Below, in pieces: positions 43,443 through 54,799 of a stretch of DNA of 64,000 bases (positions within the stretch are counted from its first letter, which is position 1; each line of letters begins with the position of its first letter). Under the pieces are notes generated by a model that searched no databases, was not told where the DNA came from, and saw nothing but the letters and a program-made list of their open reading frames with translations. This DNA is from Planctomycetota bacterium (GTDB lineage: Bacteria; Planctomycetota; UBA1135; UBA2386), in the NCBI GenBank assembly GCA_046290465.1, contig JBKAGP010000001.1, positions 3,584,001 through 3,648,000 of the forward strand. Direction: 5' to 3'. Made by a program: the position numbers and the translations under genes.

Positions 43443-44687
43443 TCAGGACCCCGTCGCCACCTCGTCGTCGAACATCTGCTGGATCTGCTCGATCACGCCG
43501 ATCGCCTCGTCGGTGTCGACGATGCCGGTCAGCATGTCGACCAGCCCCTGGCGGTGGGCCTCGACCTTGGACAGCTCGCCGAAGCGGAAGTCCTCGGTGT
43601 AGAACGCGCGCACCAGCGGCAGGAAGCGGTCGAACGCGACCTGCCACTCGCCCGATCGGCCCTGCAGGTCCGGATGCCGGGCGTCCCCCGCGAGCGCGCA
43701 GGTGACCTCGAGCGCGAGGATCTCGGCCGATCGCGCCGACAGCAGCAGGCCGGTCGAGTAGACGGGATCGATGAAGCCGAGCGCGTCGCCGATCAGCGCC
43801 CAGCCCGGACCCCCGTCGCGTTCGGCGCGGTACGAGAAGTCGCGCGCGACCCGGACCTCGCCCGACAGCCTGGCGTCGACGAGACGTTCCTTGAGGTGCG
43901 GGCAGCGGTCGATCGCCGCCTGCAGGATCTCGTCGCGGTTCTGGCCGAACCGCAGGATCTCGCGCGCCGAGGTGACCAGGCCGATGCTGACGACGCCGGG
44001 CAGCGGGATGAACCAGATCCACGAACGCGCGTCGAGGCGGAAGATCAGCGTCGAGCCGGCGTCGATGCCGGGATCGAGCCGCACGCCCTCGTAGTGCGCG
44101 TAGACGGCGGTGTTCTCGAGGCCCGGCACGCCGACCTGGCGGCTCAGTTCGCGCGGGATCACGCCCTTCTGGCCGGATGCGTCGAGCACGACGCGCGCCG
44201 ACACGACCTCTTCGCTCTCGTCGAGCCGCCGCACCCGCACACCGGTCGCAGTCTCCCCTTCGAGGCAGACGTCGACGACCGGCGTATCGGTCTCGACTTG
44301 CGCGCCGGCCTCGCGCGCGGTGTCGAGCAGCATGCGATCGAAGTCGCTGCGCAGCACCTGCCAGGTGTGATGCATGCGCTGGTCGCGGACCTCGGAGAAG
44401 TAGAACGGCCGGCTCGGGCCGTTGGGCCCGTAGAACTGCACGCCGTGCTTCTGCGGGAAGCCGAGCTCGTCCATGCGCGCGCGCACGCCGAGCTTGTCGA
44501 GCGCCAGGTTGACGGCCGGTACCAGCGACTCGCCGACGTGGAAGCGCGGGAACGCCTGGCGCTCGAACAGACCGACGCGATGGCCGGCGCGCGCCAGCAG
44601 GGTGGCGGCGGTGGCGCCGGCGGGACCGCCGCCGACGACGACGACATCGAAGCTCTTCTCGGACTCAGTCACGTGCCGCTGCATCAT
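43443..44687 (-). CDS. Flavin-dependent halogenase-like enzyme (phenolic/pyrrole type)
   Basis: VVGGGPAG, FPRFHVGESL, GFPQKHG (catalytic-Lys position), WIWFIP (WxWxIP), GDALGFIDPVYSTG (FxxPxxSxG). Start is ATG 44687/44684 or GTG 44672. Confidence 0.82.
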   Translation of the reverse strand: MMQRHVTESEKSFDVVVVGGGPAGATAATLLARAGHRVGLFERQAFPRFHVGESLVPAVNLALDKLGVRARMDELGFPQKHGVQFYGPNGPSRPFYFSEVRDQRMHHTWQVLRSDFDRMLLDTAREAGAQVETDTPVVDVCLEGETATGVRVRRLDESEEVVSARVVLDASGQKGVIPRELSRQVGVPGLENTAVYAHYEGVRLDPGIDAGSTLIFRLDARSWIWFIPLPGVVSIGLVTSAREILRFGQNRDEILQAAIDRCPHLKERLVDARLSGEVRVARDFSYRAERDGGPGWALIGDALGFIDPVYSTGLLLSARSAEILALEVTCALAGDARHPDLQGRSGEWQVAFDRFLPLVRAFYTEDFRFGELSKVEAHRQGLVDMLTGIVDTDEAIGVIEQIQQMFDDEVATGS

Positions 44688-44814
44688 GGTCCAGGGTCCT
44701 TCGCACGTGGTAGCGAGACGAGATTCTGACACTTGTGGAATTCGTGCGCACCACGACCCAGCAAACGCGATCGCGCGCGAACCGCCCGCCGCAGCGATAG
44801 GATCCTGACACGCC

Positions 44815-46119
44815 ATGGCCTCCGAATCCGACACGAAGACCGGCAACTACTTCGTCGCCAACTACCCGCCGTTCTCGACGTGGCGCGTCGAGGACGCGCA
44901 CGTCGCGACCGACCGCCTCGCACGGCCGCCCGCCGCCGGCACGCCGTTCGGCCTCTACGTGCACATCCCGTTCTGCAGGAAGCGGTGCGACTTCTGCTAC
45001 TTCCGGGTCTACACCGACAAGAACGCGAGCGCGGTGCACCGCTACCTCGACGCGGTCGTCGACGAGGCGCGCAGGCACGCCGAGCAGGCGGCGGTGCGCG
45101 GGCGCAAGCCGGAGTTCGTCTACTTCGGTGGCGGCACGCCGTCGTACTTGTCCGTCGACCAGCTGACCCGCCTGTTCGACGGCCTGCAGCAGCACCTGCC
45201 GTGGGACGGCGCCAAGGAGATCACGTTCGAGTGCGAGCCCGGCACGCTGCAGGAGCAGAAGATCCACGCGCTGAAGGACATGGGCATCACCCGCCTGAGC
45301 CTCGGCGTCGAGAACTTCGATCCGGACATCCTCGAGCGCAACAACCGCGCCCACCGCGCCAAGGAGATCGACCGCGCCTACGGCTTCGCGCGGCAGGCCG
45401 GCTTCCGGCAGATCAACATCGACCTGATCGCCGGCATGATCGGCGAGACCGACGACAACTGGCGTCGCTGCATCGAGCGCACGCTCGAGCTCGAGCCGGA
45501 CAGCGTGACGATCTACCAGATGGAGATCCCGTTCAACACGACGGTCGCGCGCCGGATGAAGGACGACCAGCAGGAGGTCGCGCCGGTCGCCGACTGGGAC
45601 ACCAAGCGTCGCTGGGTCGACGAGGCGTTCGCGGCGCTCGAACGGGCCGGCTACCGCGTCGGCAGCGCCTACACGGCCTCGCGCGGGGACCAGGCGACGT
45701 TCGAGTACCGCGACGGCCTGTGGCACGGCGCCGACCTGCTCGGCCTCGGCGTCGCGTCGTTCGGCCACATCGGCGGCGTGCACTACCAGAACGTGCACGA
45801 CTTCGATCCCTACCTCGAACGGGTCGAGTCCGGCGCGCTGCCGGTGCACCGCGCGCTGCAGCTCACCGACGACCAGCGGCTGATCCGTGAGTTCATCCTG
45901 CAGCTCAAGCTGGGCTCGGTCGACACGCGACCGTTCGTCGAGAAGTTCGGCGTCGATCCGCTGCAGCGCTTCGCAGCACCGCTGCGAAAGCACCAGGACG
46001 ACGGCTACCTGCGCGTCGACGGCCCGCGCGTCGAGCTGGCGCGGCACGGCCTGCTGCAGGTCGACCGGCTGCTGCACGACTTCTTCCCCGAGGAGCACCG
46101 CGCGGTGCGCTACGCCTGA
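44815..46119 (+). CDS. HemN-like radical SAM enzyme (class C methyltransferase / coproporphyrinogen oxidase superfamily)
   Basis: LYVHIPFCRKRCDFCYF (CxxxCxxC), YFGGGTPS, ITFECEP, RLSLGVE, NIDLIAG, LGLGVAS. Confidence 0.88.
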   Translation: MASESDTKTGNYFVANYPPFSTWRVEDAHVATDRLARPPAAGTPFGLYVHIPFCRKRCDFCYFRVYTDKNASAVHRYLDAVVDEARRHAEQAAVRGRKPEFVYFGGGTPSYLSVDQLTRLFDGLQQHLPWDGAKEITFECEPGTLQEQKIHALKDMGITRLSLGVENFDPDILERNNRAHRAKEIDRAYGFARQAGFRQINIDLIAGMIGETDDNWRRCIERTLELEPDSVTIYQMEIPFNTTVARRMKDDQQEVAPVADWDTKRRWVDEAFAALERAGYRVGSAYTASRGDQATFEYRDGLWHGADLLGLGVASFGHIGGVHYQNVHDFDPYLERVESGALPVHRALQLTDDQRLIREFILQLKLGSVDTRPFVEKFGVDPLQRFAAPLRKHQDDGYLRVDGPRVELARHGLLQVDRLLHDFFPEEHRAVRYA

Positions 46120-46122
46120 GCC

Positions 46123-46545
46123 ATGGCGCACCGCTTCGCGATGACGCGCCGGGTCACGTTCGCCGAGACCGACATGGCGGGCATCCTGCACTTCTCCAAC
46201 TACTTCCGCTACATGGAGGAGACCGAGCACGCGTTCTTCCGTTCGCTCGGCTTCCAGGTGCACGCGTGCGAGCAGAGCGGCGCCTGGGGCTGGGCGCGGC
46301 GCAACGCTTCGTGCGACTACCAGCGTCCGCTGCGCTACGAGGACGAGGTCGAACTGCAGCTGACGGTCAAGGAGAAGCGCAGCAAGGCGCTGGTCTACGA
46401 GGTGCGGTTCGTGCTCGACGGCGAGCTGGCCGCGCAGGGCGAACTGACCGCGGTGTGCGTCGAGAAGGGGCCGGACGGCCGGCTGCGCGCCGCCGAGATG
46501 CCGGCCGTGGTGGCTGCGGCGATCGACGTCGCTCCGTTGACATGA
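46123..46545 (+). CDS. Hotdog-fold acyl-CoA thioesterase (4HBT/YbgC family)
   Basis: RVTFAETDMAGILHFSNYFRYMEE, CDYQRPLRYED. Confidence 0.9.
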   Translation: MAHRFAMTRRVTFAETDMAGILHFSNYFRYMEETEHAFFRSLGFQVHACEQSGAWGWARRNASCDYQRPLRYEDEVELQLTVKEKRSKALVYEVRFVLDGELAAQGELTAVCVEKGPDGRLRAAEMPAVVAAAIDVAPLT

Positions 46546-46671
46546 GTTTGTGACAACCGGGCTTGCGTCTCGCGAGCCCGCGTCGCGAACGATGGGACGC
46601 CCGCGCAGCGCCGCTATCCTCGTCGACCCGATTTCGGGTCGGCCGCCGCCGGCGCAGCCCCCTCCCTTCCG

Positions 46672-48963
46672 ATGAAACGACGCACCTCCACGCTGGCCGC
46701 CGTCCTCGGCGCCGCGCTCGCGCTCCCGCTCGCCCTGCTCCCGACCGGCTGCGGCACGACCCCGGACATCGAGACCGGCAGCTTCGCCGCGCACGGCTGG
46801 CTGAGCTGGCGAGGCCCCGAACAAAACGGCCGCTCGCGCGAGACCGGCCTGCCCGAGCCCGCCGACGTCGACGGCAACAAGCCGACCTGGCGCTACGACC
46901 TCAGCGGTCGCGGCACGCCGGTGATCGCCAACGGCCGCGTCTACACGATGGGCTACGAGGGCGAGGGCAAGGAGCTCGAGGAGGTGCTGGTCTGCCTCGA
47001 CGAGAACACCGGCGAGCGGATCTGGGAGCAGCGCTTCCAGCACTTCTTGACCGACATCATCTACTACCGCTTCGCGATCGGCAGCCCGACGATCGACGCC
47101 GCGACCGGCAACGTGTTCTGCATCACGTCGGCCGGCCTTCTCTGCTCGTTCACCGCCGACGGTGAGCTGCGCTGGCAGCACGCGCTCGGCGCCGAGTACG
47201 GCCGGCTGGTGTTCCCCAACGGCCGCACCGGCGCGGTCGCGCTGACCGACGAACACGTCGTGCTGCACATGACGACGTCCGGCTGGGGCCCGCAGGGGCC
47301 GGCGCGCGGCCGCTTCTTCGCGTTCGACAAGGACGACGGCGCGTCGGCGTGGACGTCGACGCCGGGCGGACCGCCGAAGGACATCTCGTTCTCGCTGCCG
47401 GTCGTCGAGCAGCGCGGCGGCCGCCTGCTCACCTACGCCGGCCTGTCCGGCGGCCACATGACCTGCGTCGACGCCCGCACCGGCGACGCGCTGTGGCGCT
47501 TTCCGATGTGCACCGGCGGCATGAGCTCGAGCGCCGTGCTCTACAAGGACACGCTGATCGCGATCCACGGCAAGGAGAACCTCGACTCGTCGACCGCCGG
47601 CCGCATGGTCGCGATCAAGCTCGGCGCGCTGCCGGGCAAGGACGGCAAGCAGCTGGTGCTCGGCGCCGAACACGAGAAGTGGCGCAACCACCTGACCGCG
47701 TTCACCAGTTCGCCGGTGCTGGTCGACGACCGCGTCTACACGACCATCGCGACCGGCGAGCTCGCCTGCGTCAACGCCGACACCGGCGAGGTGCTGTGGG
47801 AGCACAAGCTGGCGCCCGACCAGATCCACGCCTCGCCGGCGTTCGGTGACGGTCTGCTGTGGGTGCCGATGAACAACGGCTCGCTGTTCGTGATCCGGCC
47901 GACCGATGCGGCCGCCGAAGTGCTCACCGAGACGACGCTCGAAGGCAACTGCCTCGGCGCGCCGGCGATCTGCAACGGCCGCGTCTACGTGCACACGACC
48001 AAGGCGCTCTACTGCTTTGCGGGGGAAGGCTCGCAGCAAGCGCCGCCGGCGATCCCGGCGCCGACCGTCGACGCCACCCTTGGTGCGGCGACGCGGCTGC
48101 AGGTGCTGCCGGCCGACGTGCTGGTGCGCACCGGCGAGACCATCCAGTTCCGCGCGCGCAGCCTCGACGCCGACGGCAACACCGTCGCCGACCCGGTCGC
48201 GGGCGCGATCGAGTGGACCGGCAAGCTGACCGACGGCATGCGCATCGACGCCGCTGGCAAGCTGACGATCGCGGCCGACGCGACCCCGACGGCGCTGGTG
48301 CTGAAGGCGTCCTCGGGCGGCGTCACCGGCACCGCGCGCGTGCGCGTCGTGCCGAGCGCGCCCTACACCGACGACCTCGAGGACGTCGCGCTGCAGCCGC
48401 ACCCGAAGGAGGATGGCGTGAACTTCGCGTTCCCGCGGGCGCACTGGATCAGCGCCAGGCTCAAGTGGGAGGTGCGCGAACGCGACGGCAACAAGGTGCT
48501 CGCGCGCACGCTCGACCAGCCGCTGTTCCAGCGCACGATCTCGATGATCGGCGCGCCCGACATGGCCAACTACACCATGCAGGTCGACGTGATGACCGAC
48601 GGCAACCGCCGCATCATGTCGACGCCGGGAATGGTCAACCAGCGCTACCTGATCCTGCTCAAGGGCAACCACCAGGCGCTCGAGATCACCTCCAACGAGG
48701 AGCTGCTGAAGGAGCGCGTCAAGTTCCGCTGGAAGCCCAAGGTCTGGTACCGGATGAAGAGCCGGGTCGACGTCGCGCCCGACGGCAGCGGCGTCGTGCG
48801 CGCCAAGGCCTGGCAACGCGACGAGCCCGAGCCGGACGGCTGGCTGCTGGAGGTCGAGGTGCCGCGCGCCAATCGCAGCGGCTCCCCCGGCATCTACGGC
48901 TTCACCCCCCAGAGCCGCTTCCGCTGCTACGTCGACAACATCGTGGTGACCCCCAATGACTGA
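46672..48963 (+). CDS. Lipoprotein PQQ-type beta-propeller with Ig-like and C-terminal beta-sandwich domains
   Basis: MKRR...LLPTGC lipobox-like signal, WLSWRGP, propeller repeats, C-terminal KPKVWYRMK...AKAW..DEPEP..W. Confidence 0.85.
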   Translation: MKRRTSTLAAVLGAALALPLALLPTGCGTTPDIETGSFAAHGWLSWRGPEQNGRSRETGLPEPADVDGNKPTWRYDLSGRGTPVIANGRVYTMGYEGEGKELEEVLVCLDENTGERIWEQRFQHFLTDIIYYRFAIGSPTIDAATGNVFCITSAGLLCSFTADGELRWQHALGAEYGRLVFPNGRTGAVALTDEHVVLHMTTSGWGPQGPARGRFFAFDKDDGASAWTSTPGGPPKDISFSLPVVEQRGGRLLTYAGLSGGHMTCVDARTGDALWRFPMCTGGMSSSAVLYKDTLIAIHGKENLDSSTAGRMVAIKLGALPGKDGKQLVLGAEHEKWRNHLTAFTSSPVLVDDRVYTTIATGELACVNADTGEVLWEHKLAPDQIHASPAFGDGLLWVPMNNGSLFVIRPTDAAAEVLTETTLEGNCLGAPAICNGRVYVHTTKALYCFAGEGSQQAPPAIPAPTVDATLGAATRLQVLPADVLVRTGETIQFRARSLDADGNTVADPVAGAIEWTGKLTDGMRIDAAGKLTIAADATPTALVLKASSGGVTGTARVRVVPSAPYTDDLEDVALQPHPKEDGVNFAFPRAHWISARLKWEVRERDGNKVLARTLDQPLFQRTISMIGAPDMANYTMQVDVMTDGNRRIMSTPGMVNQRYLILLKGNHQALEITSNEELLKERVKFRWKPKVWYRMKSRVDVAPDGSGVVRAKAWQRDEPEPDGWLLEVEVPRANRSGSPGIYGFTPQSRFRCYVDNIVVTPND

Positions 48964-50521
48964 TCTGACCCTGCGTGGCGTCGCGGCGCTGCTGATCGCC
49001 CCCGCCCTCCTCTCCTCGCTCGCGTCGGCCCAGGACTGGCCGATGTGGGGCCGCAACGCGACCCGCAACATGGTCGCCGACGTCAAGGGACTGCCGCTCG
49101 ACATCGTGCCCGGCGAGTTCGCCGACGACAGCGAGGACATCGACATCACGACGTCCAAGAACGTCAAGTGGATCGCCAAGCTCGGCTCGCAGAGCTACGG
49201 CAACCCGACCGTCGCCGACGGCCGCGTCTACGTCGGCACCAACAACGACGTGCCGCGCGACGACCGCTTCCAGGGCGACCGCAGCTGCGTCTACTGCCTC
49301 GACGAGAAGACCGGCGAGCTGATCTGGCAGCTCAACGTTCCCAAGCTCGGCACCGGCAAGGTCAGCGACTGGGAGTTCCTCGGCATCTGCAGTTCGCCCT
49401 GCGTCGACGGCGATCGCGTCTACCTGGTGACCAACCGCTGCGAGGTCATGTGCGTCGACGTCAACGGCTTCAAGGACGGCAACCAGGGCTTCCAGGACGA
49501 GGCCAAGTACTACGCCGACAACGGCAAGCCACCGGTCAAGGTCAACGAGAAGACCGACGCCGACATCATCTGGAAGATGAACATGATCGACGAGTGCGGC
49601 GTGTTCCCGCACAACATCACCAGCTGCTCGGTGATGGTCGTTGGCGACCAGATCTGGACCTCGACGTCCAACGGCGTCGACTACGGCCACGTCGAGACGC
49701 CGGCCCCGAACGCGCCGTCGCTGATCGTCGTCGACAAGAAGACCGGCAAGCTGATCGGCGAGGAGGCCTCGGGCCTCAGCCAGAACATCTTCCACAGCAA
49801 CTGGTCGTCGCCCGCCTACCTGAAGGCCGATGACACCGAGCTGGTGATCTTCGGCGGCCCGGACGGCGTGCTCTACGCGTTCGATCCGAAGCCGGTGAAG
49901 GACGAGGACGGCTTCCTGGTGCTGAAGGAGGCGTGGAAGTACGACTGCAACCCGAAGGCCTACCGCGTCAAGGAGGACGGTTCGCCGCGCAAGTACGCGA
50001 CCGCCAAGGGACCGAGCGAGGTGCTGGCGACGCCGGTCGTCTACGACGGCCACGCCTACGCCCTGATCGGCCAGGACCCGGAGCACGGCGAAGGTGTCGG
50101 CAACCTCGTCTGCCTCGACCGCAACGGCAAGCAGGTCTGGTCGTTCGGCGAGATCCACCGCTCGATCTCGACGCTGTCGATCACCGACGGCCTGGTGTTC
50201 GCCGCCGACTACTCGGGCTACCTCTACTGCATCGACGCCAAGACCGGCGAGAAGTGCTGGCAGTACGACACCAGCGCGCACATCTGGGGCTCGACGCTGG
50301 TCGCCGACGGCCGCGTCTACGTCGGCATCGAGGACGGCTTCCTGGTCAGCGCGCCGGCGACGCGCGCGTTCGACAAGAAGAACGTCAAGGAGATCGACTT
50401 CGCGGTCCCGATCTACAGCTCGCCGATCGCGGCGAACGGCGTGCTCTACATCGCGACCCACACCCACCTGTTCGCCATCGCCAAGGGCGCCGGCGCGGCC
50501 GGGGACGACGGCGGCAAGTGA
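48956..50521 (+). CDS. Exported Cys/acid-rich PQQ-type beta-propeller protein
   Basis: Signal ASA-Q, DWPMWG, propeller repeats, GQDPEHGEG; overlaps the upstream stop by 8 nt. Confidence 0.88.
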   Translation: MTDLTLRGVAALLIAPALLSSLASAQDWPMWGRNATRNMVADVKGLPLDIVPGEFADDSEDIDITTSKNVKWIAKLGSQSYGNPTVADGRVYVGTNNDVPRDDRFQGDRSCVYCLDEKTGELIWQLNVPKLGTGKVSDWEFLGICSSPCVDGDRVYLVTNRCEVMCVDVNGFKDGNQGFQDEAKYYADNGKPPVKVNEKTDADIIWKMNMIDECGVFPHNITSCSVMVVGDQIWTSTSNGVDYGHVETPAPNAPSLIVVDKKTGKLIGEEASGLSQNIFHSNWSSPAYLKADDTELVIFGGPDGVLYAFDPKPVKDEDGFLVLKEAWKYDCNPKAYRVKEDGSPRKYATAKGPSEVLATPVVYDGHAYALIGQDPEHGEGVGNLVCLDRNGKQVWSFGEIHRSISTLSITDGLVFAADYSGYLYCIDAKTGEKCWQYDTSAHIWGSTLVADGRVYVGIEDGFLVSAPATRAFDKKNVKEIDFAVPIYSSPIAANGVLYIATHTHLFAIAKGAGAAGDDGGK

Positions 50522-50528
50522 GCCACGC

Positions 50529-50771
50529 ATGACCCGAAAGCTCTCGAGCGGCGGCAAGTTCGCGTGGGGCCTCGTCGTCCTGCTCGCGATCCTGCACTAC
50601 GACTTCTGGTTCTGGGGCGACCGCAGCGTCGCGTTCGGCTTCCTGCCGGTCGGCCTGCTGTTCCAGGCGCTGATCTCGCTCGGGGCCGCCATCGCCTGGG
50701 CGCTGGTCGTCCGGTTCGCGTGGCCGACGCACATCGAGGAGTGGGCCGACCGGCCCGTTGACGACGAATGA
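50529..50771 (+). CDS. Small two-TM symporter accessory protein (DUF3311-like)
   Basis: 80 aa, LHYDFWFW..GFLP.GL, ATGA overlap with the symporter; appears only as the tail of track ORF 50094..50771. Confidence 0.8.
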   Translation: MTRKLSSGGKFAWGLVVLLAILHYDFWFWGDRSVAFGFLPVGLLFQALISLGAAIAWALVVRFAWPTHIEEWADRPVDDE

Positions 50772-52300
50772 TCTCGGCACTCCTGCAAGGCCCGCCGCAG
50801 AGCACCACCCCGCTCTACGTCGTCGGCGTCTACCTGCTGCTGCTGCTCGCGTTCAGCATCCTCAACAGCCGGCGCGCGCGCGGCTCGGCCGGCGAGTACT
50901 TCGTCGCCAGCCGCTCGATCGGACCGTTCCTGCTGCTGATGAGCGTGTTCGGCACGACGATGACCGCGTTCGCGCTCGTCGGCTCGACCGGCAAGGCCTA
51001 CGACAGCGGCATCGGTGTCTACGGGCTGATGGCGTCGGCGTCCGGCATCATCCACTCGCTGGTGTTCTTCCTGGTCGGCATCCGGCTGTGGGCCATCGGC
51101 AAGCGCTTCAACTACGTCACCCAGATCCAGTTCTTCCGCGGCCGCTTCCAGTCGAACCTGCTCGGCTACCTGCTGTTCCCGGTGCTGGTCGGGCTGGTGA
51201 TCCCGTACCTGCTGATCGGGATCGTCGGCGCCGGCGCGGTCGTCAAGGGCATCTCCGGCGTGCCGACCTGGCTGACCGGACTGGTCGTCTGCGGGGTCGT
51301 GCTGGCCTACATCCTGACCGGCGGCGTGCGCGCCGCGGCGCTCGCCAACGCGGTGCAGACGATCGTGTTCATGGCGGTCGGCCTGCTCGCGTTCGTGCTG
51401 ATCTCGGGCTCGCTCGGCGGCGTCGAGCAGGCCACCCAGAACGCGGCCGACAACACCCCGGAGCTGCTCGCCCGCGAAGGCAAGATCGGCCACCTGCAGT
51501 TCTTGAGCTACTGCTTCGTGCCGCTCTCGGTCGGCATGTTCCCGCACCTGTTCCAGCACTGGCTGACGGCGCGCAGCGCCAAGACGTTCCGCACCACGGT
51601 CATCGCGCACCCGATCTTCATCATGATCGTCTGGGTGCCGTGCGTGCTGATCGGCGTCTGGGCGGCCGGCGCCGGCATCGAGGCGCCCGGCGGCAACTCC
51701 AACGCGGTGCTGGCCAAGATGGTCGGCATGCAGCTGAAGAACCCCTGGATCAGCGGCCTGCTGATGGCCGGCATCCTGGCCGCGATCATGTCGTCGCTCG
51801 ATTCGCAGTTCGTCTGCCTCGGCACGATCTTCACCCACGACATCGTCGTGCACGTGACCGGCGATCGCTTCGACGAGGCCCAGCGGGTGCGCCTCGGCCG
51901 GTTCTTCATCGTCGCGATCGTCGCGCTGACCTACGTGCTGTCGCTGTTCCCGCCGCCCAACGTGTTCGATCTGGCGGTGTGGTGCTTCAGCGGCTTCGCC
52001 AGCCTGTTCCCGCTGGTCGTCGCGGCCGTCTACTGGCGTCGCGCGACCGCGAAGGGCGCCATCGCGTCGGTGCTGGTCGCCGGCGGCACCTGGGCGGTGC
52101 TGTTCTACGACGGCCTGCTGGCGCCGACGCTCGCGGGCGAACGCGCCGGCGAGGACTACCTGATCGGCGGCATGATGCCGGTCACGGTGATGATCGCCGC
52201 CTCGGCGGTGACGCTGGTCGTCGTCAGCCTGATGACGCAGCCGCCCTCGGCCGCAACCGTGGCCCGCTTCTTCGACGAAGACCCGGCCGCCGTATCCTGA
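50768..52300 (+). CDS. Sodium:solute symporter (SSS) family transporter
   Basis: EYFVASRSIG, GGVRA...NAVQ, MFPH, LAAIMSSLDSQ; about 13 TM helices. Confidence 0.93.
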   Translation: MISALLQGPPQSTTPLYVVGVYLLLLLAFSILNSRRARGSAGEYFVASRSIGPFLLLMSVFGTTMTAFALVGSTGKAYDSGIGVYGLMASASGIIHSLVFFLVGIRLWAIGKRFNYVTQIQFFRGRFQSNLLGYLLFPVLVGLVIPYLLIGIVGAGAVVKGISGVPTWLTGLVVCGVVLAYILTGGVRAAALANAVQTIVFMAVGLLAFVLISGSLGGVEQATQNAADNTPELLAREGKIGHLQFLSYCFVPLSVGMFPHLFQHWLTARSAKTFRTTVIAHPIFIMIVWVPCVLIGVWAAGAGIEAPGGNSNAVLAKMVGMQLKNPWISGLLMAGILAAIMSSLDSQFVCLGTIFTHDIVVHVTGDRFDEAQRVRLGRFFIVAIVALTYVLSLFPPPNVFDLAVWCFSGFASLFPLVVAAVYWRRATAKGAIASVLVAGGTWAVLFYDGLLAPTLAGERAGEDYLIGGMMPVTVMIAASAVTLVVVSLMTQPPSAATVARFFDEDPAAVS

Positions 52301-52310
52301 CCCCGACGCC

Positions 52311-53359
<1,049 letters not shown>

Positions 53360-53363
<4 letters not shown>

Positions 53364-54799
53364 GCGCTCCCCACATCCCGGTGCTGCGGCACGGCGTCGA
53401 GTACGAGAGCCTCGACCAGAGCGAGCTGACCGGCATCGGCAGCAACGAGGTGCTGGCGCGCATCAGCCAGACCAACGCCGGCATGATCAAGCGCGACCTG
53501 CGCCGCGCCGACGACGCCGCCAAGAAGCTGCGCGCGCTCAGCAGCGCGCGCCTGCTCGAGATCTGCAAGCAGGCCGGCAAGCTGTTCCTCGAAGGCGACC
53601 TGCCGCTCAACGAGCAGGGTGACACGCAGACCGCCGGCCAATACGTCGCGACGCTCAGCCGCACCAGCGGGCTGCCGCACGTGCTCGTGCGGCGCAACAT
53701 GCAGAAGGTCTTCACCGTGCTCGACGGCATGGCGGACATCCTGCGCGGGCTGATGCGCGGCATGGACCCGGCGGTCGTCGAGACCGGCTTCGGCGAGCAC
53801 TGCGGCGTGCCGGTCTACTACGCACCGACGACGTCGACCCTCGGCGTCGTGCTGCCGAGCAACTCGCCCGGCGTCAACTCGATCTGGATCCCGTCGCTGG
53901 CGCTCGGCGTGCCGGTCGTGCTCAAGCCCGGCCGCGAGGAGCCGTGGACGCCGCTGCGGATCATGCAGGCGCTGATCGCCGCCGGCTGCCCGCGCGAGGC
54001 GTTCTGCTTCTACCCGACCGACCACGAAGGCTCGTCGGTGATCCTCGACCGCTGCGGCCGCGTGCTGCTGTTCGGCGACGAGGCCGTGACCAAGGCCTGG
54101 TCGCACGACGAGCGCGTGCAGATCCACGGCCCGGGCCGCAGCAAGGTGATCCTCGGCCCGGACGTGGTCGACGACTGGCGCAGCTTCCTGCCGGTGCTGG
54201 CGGCGTCGGTCGCCGACAACGGCGGCCGCAGCTGCATCAACGCCTCGTCGATCTTCGTGCCGGCGCACGGCCGCGAGATCGCCGAAGCGCTGGCCACCGA
54301 GCTGGCGTCGCGCGCGCCGAAGCCGGCCGACGACGACGGCGCGGTGCTGTCGGCGTTCGCCAACCGCAAGTTCGCCGAGTTCATCGACGCCAAGATCGAC
54401 GAGGACGTCGCGGCCGGCGGCGCCGAGGACGTCAGCAGCCGGCACCGGGGTGGCCCGCGCCGACGCGACATCGACGGCGCGCCCTACCTGCTGCCGACCG
54501 TCGTGCACTGCGACAGCGTCGAGCACCCGCTGGCGCGCACCGAGTTCCTGTTCCCGTTCACCAGCGTGGTCGAGGTCGCGCCCGAACGGCTGGTCGCCGA
54601 CATGGGCCCGAGCCTGGTGGTCACGGCGATCACCCGCGACCAGGCGCTGATCGACGAACTGAAGCGCTCCGACCACGTCGACCGCCTCAACCTCGGCCCG
54701 GTGCCGACCTCGCACGTCGAGTGGGACCAGCCGCACGAGGGCAACCTGTTCGAGTTCCTGTACGAACGCCGCGCGATCCAGCGGGCGACCGACTGGTAG
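53360..54799 (+). CDS. EhpG/GriD/LuxC-like acyl reductase (aldehyde dehydrogenase fold)
   Basis: TTG start overlapping the upstream TGA; LPSNSPGVNSIW, LKPG.EEP.T, HGPGRSK, catalytic GRSCINAS, EFLFPF, PHEGNL. Confidence 0.8.

Noticed and set aside
44815..46119. Calling this gene hemN or hemW
   Set aside because: Only family-level motifs are present. The N-terminal motif differs from HemN and the context has no haem or hemW-type neighbours.
46546..46671. Possible RiPP precursor or riboswitch in the gap after the thioesterase
   Set aside because: No convincing short ORF or known RNA motif. A TATCCT hexamer suggests a simple internal promoter.
44665..49179. 1504-aa minus-strand ORF, and similar long antisense ORFs (2456..5902, 16176..19580, 19327..21882, 39223..41838, 53357..55867)
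   Set aside because: They lie antisense to well-supported genes, have no recognisable motifs, and are expected from stop-codon scarcity in GC-rich, codon-biased DNA.
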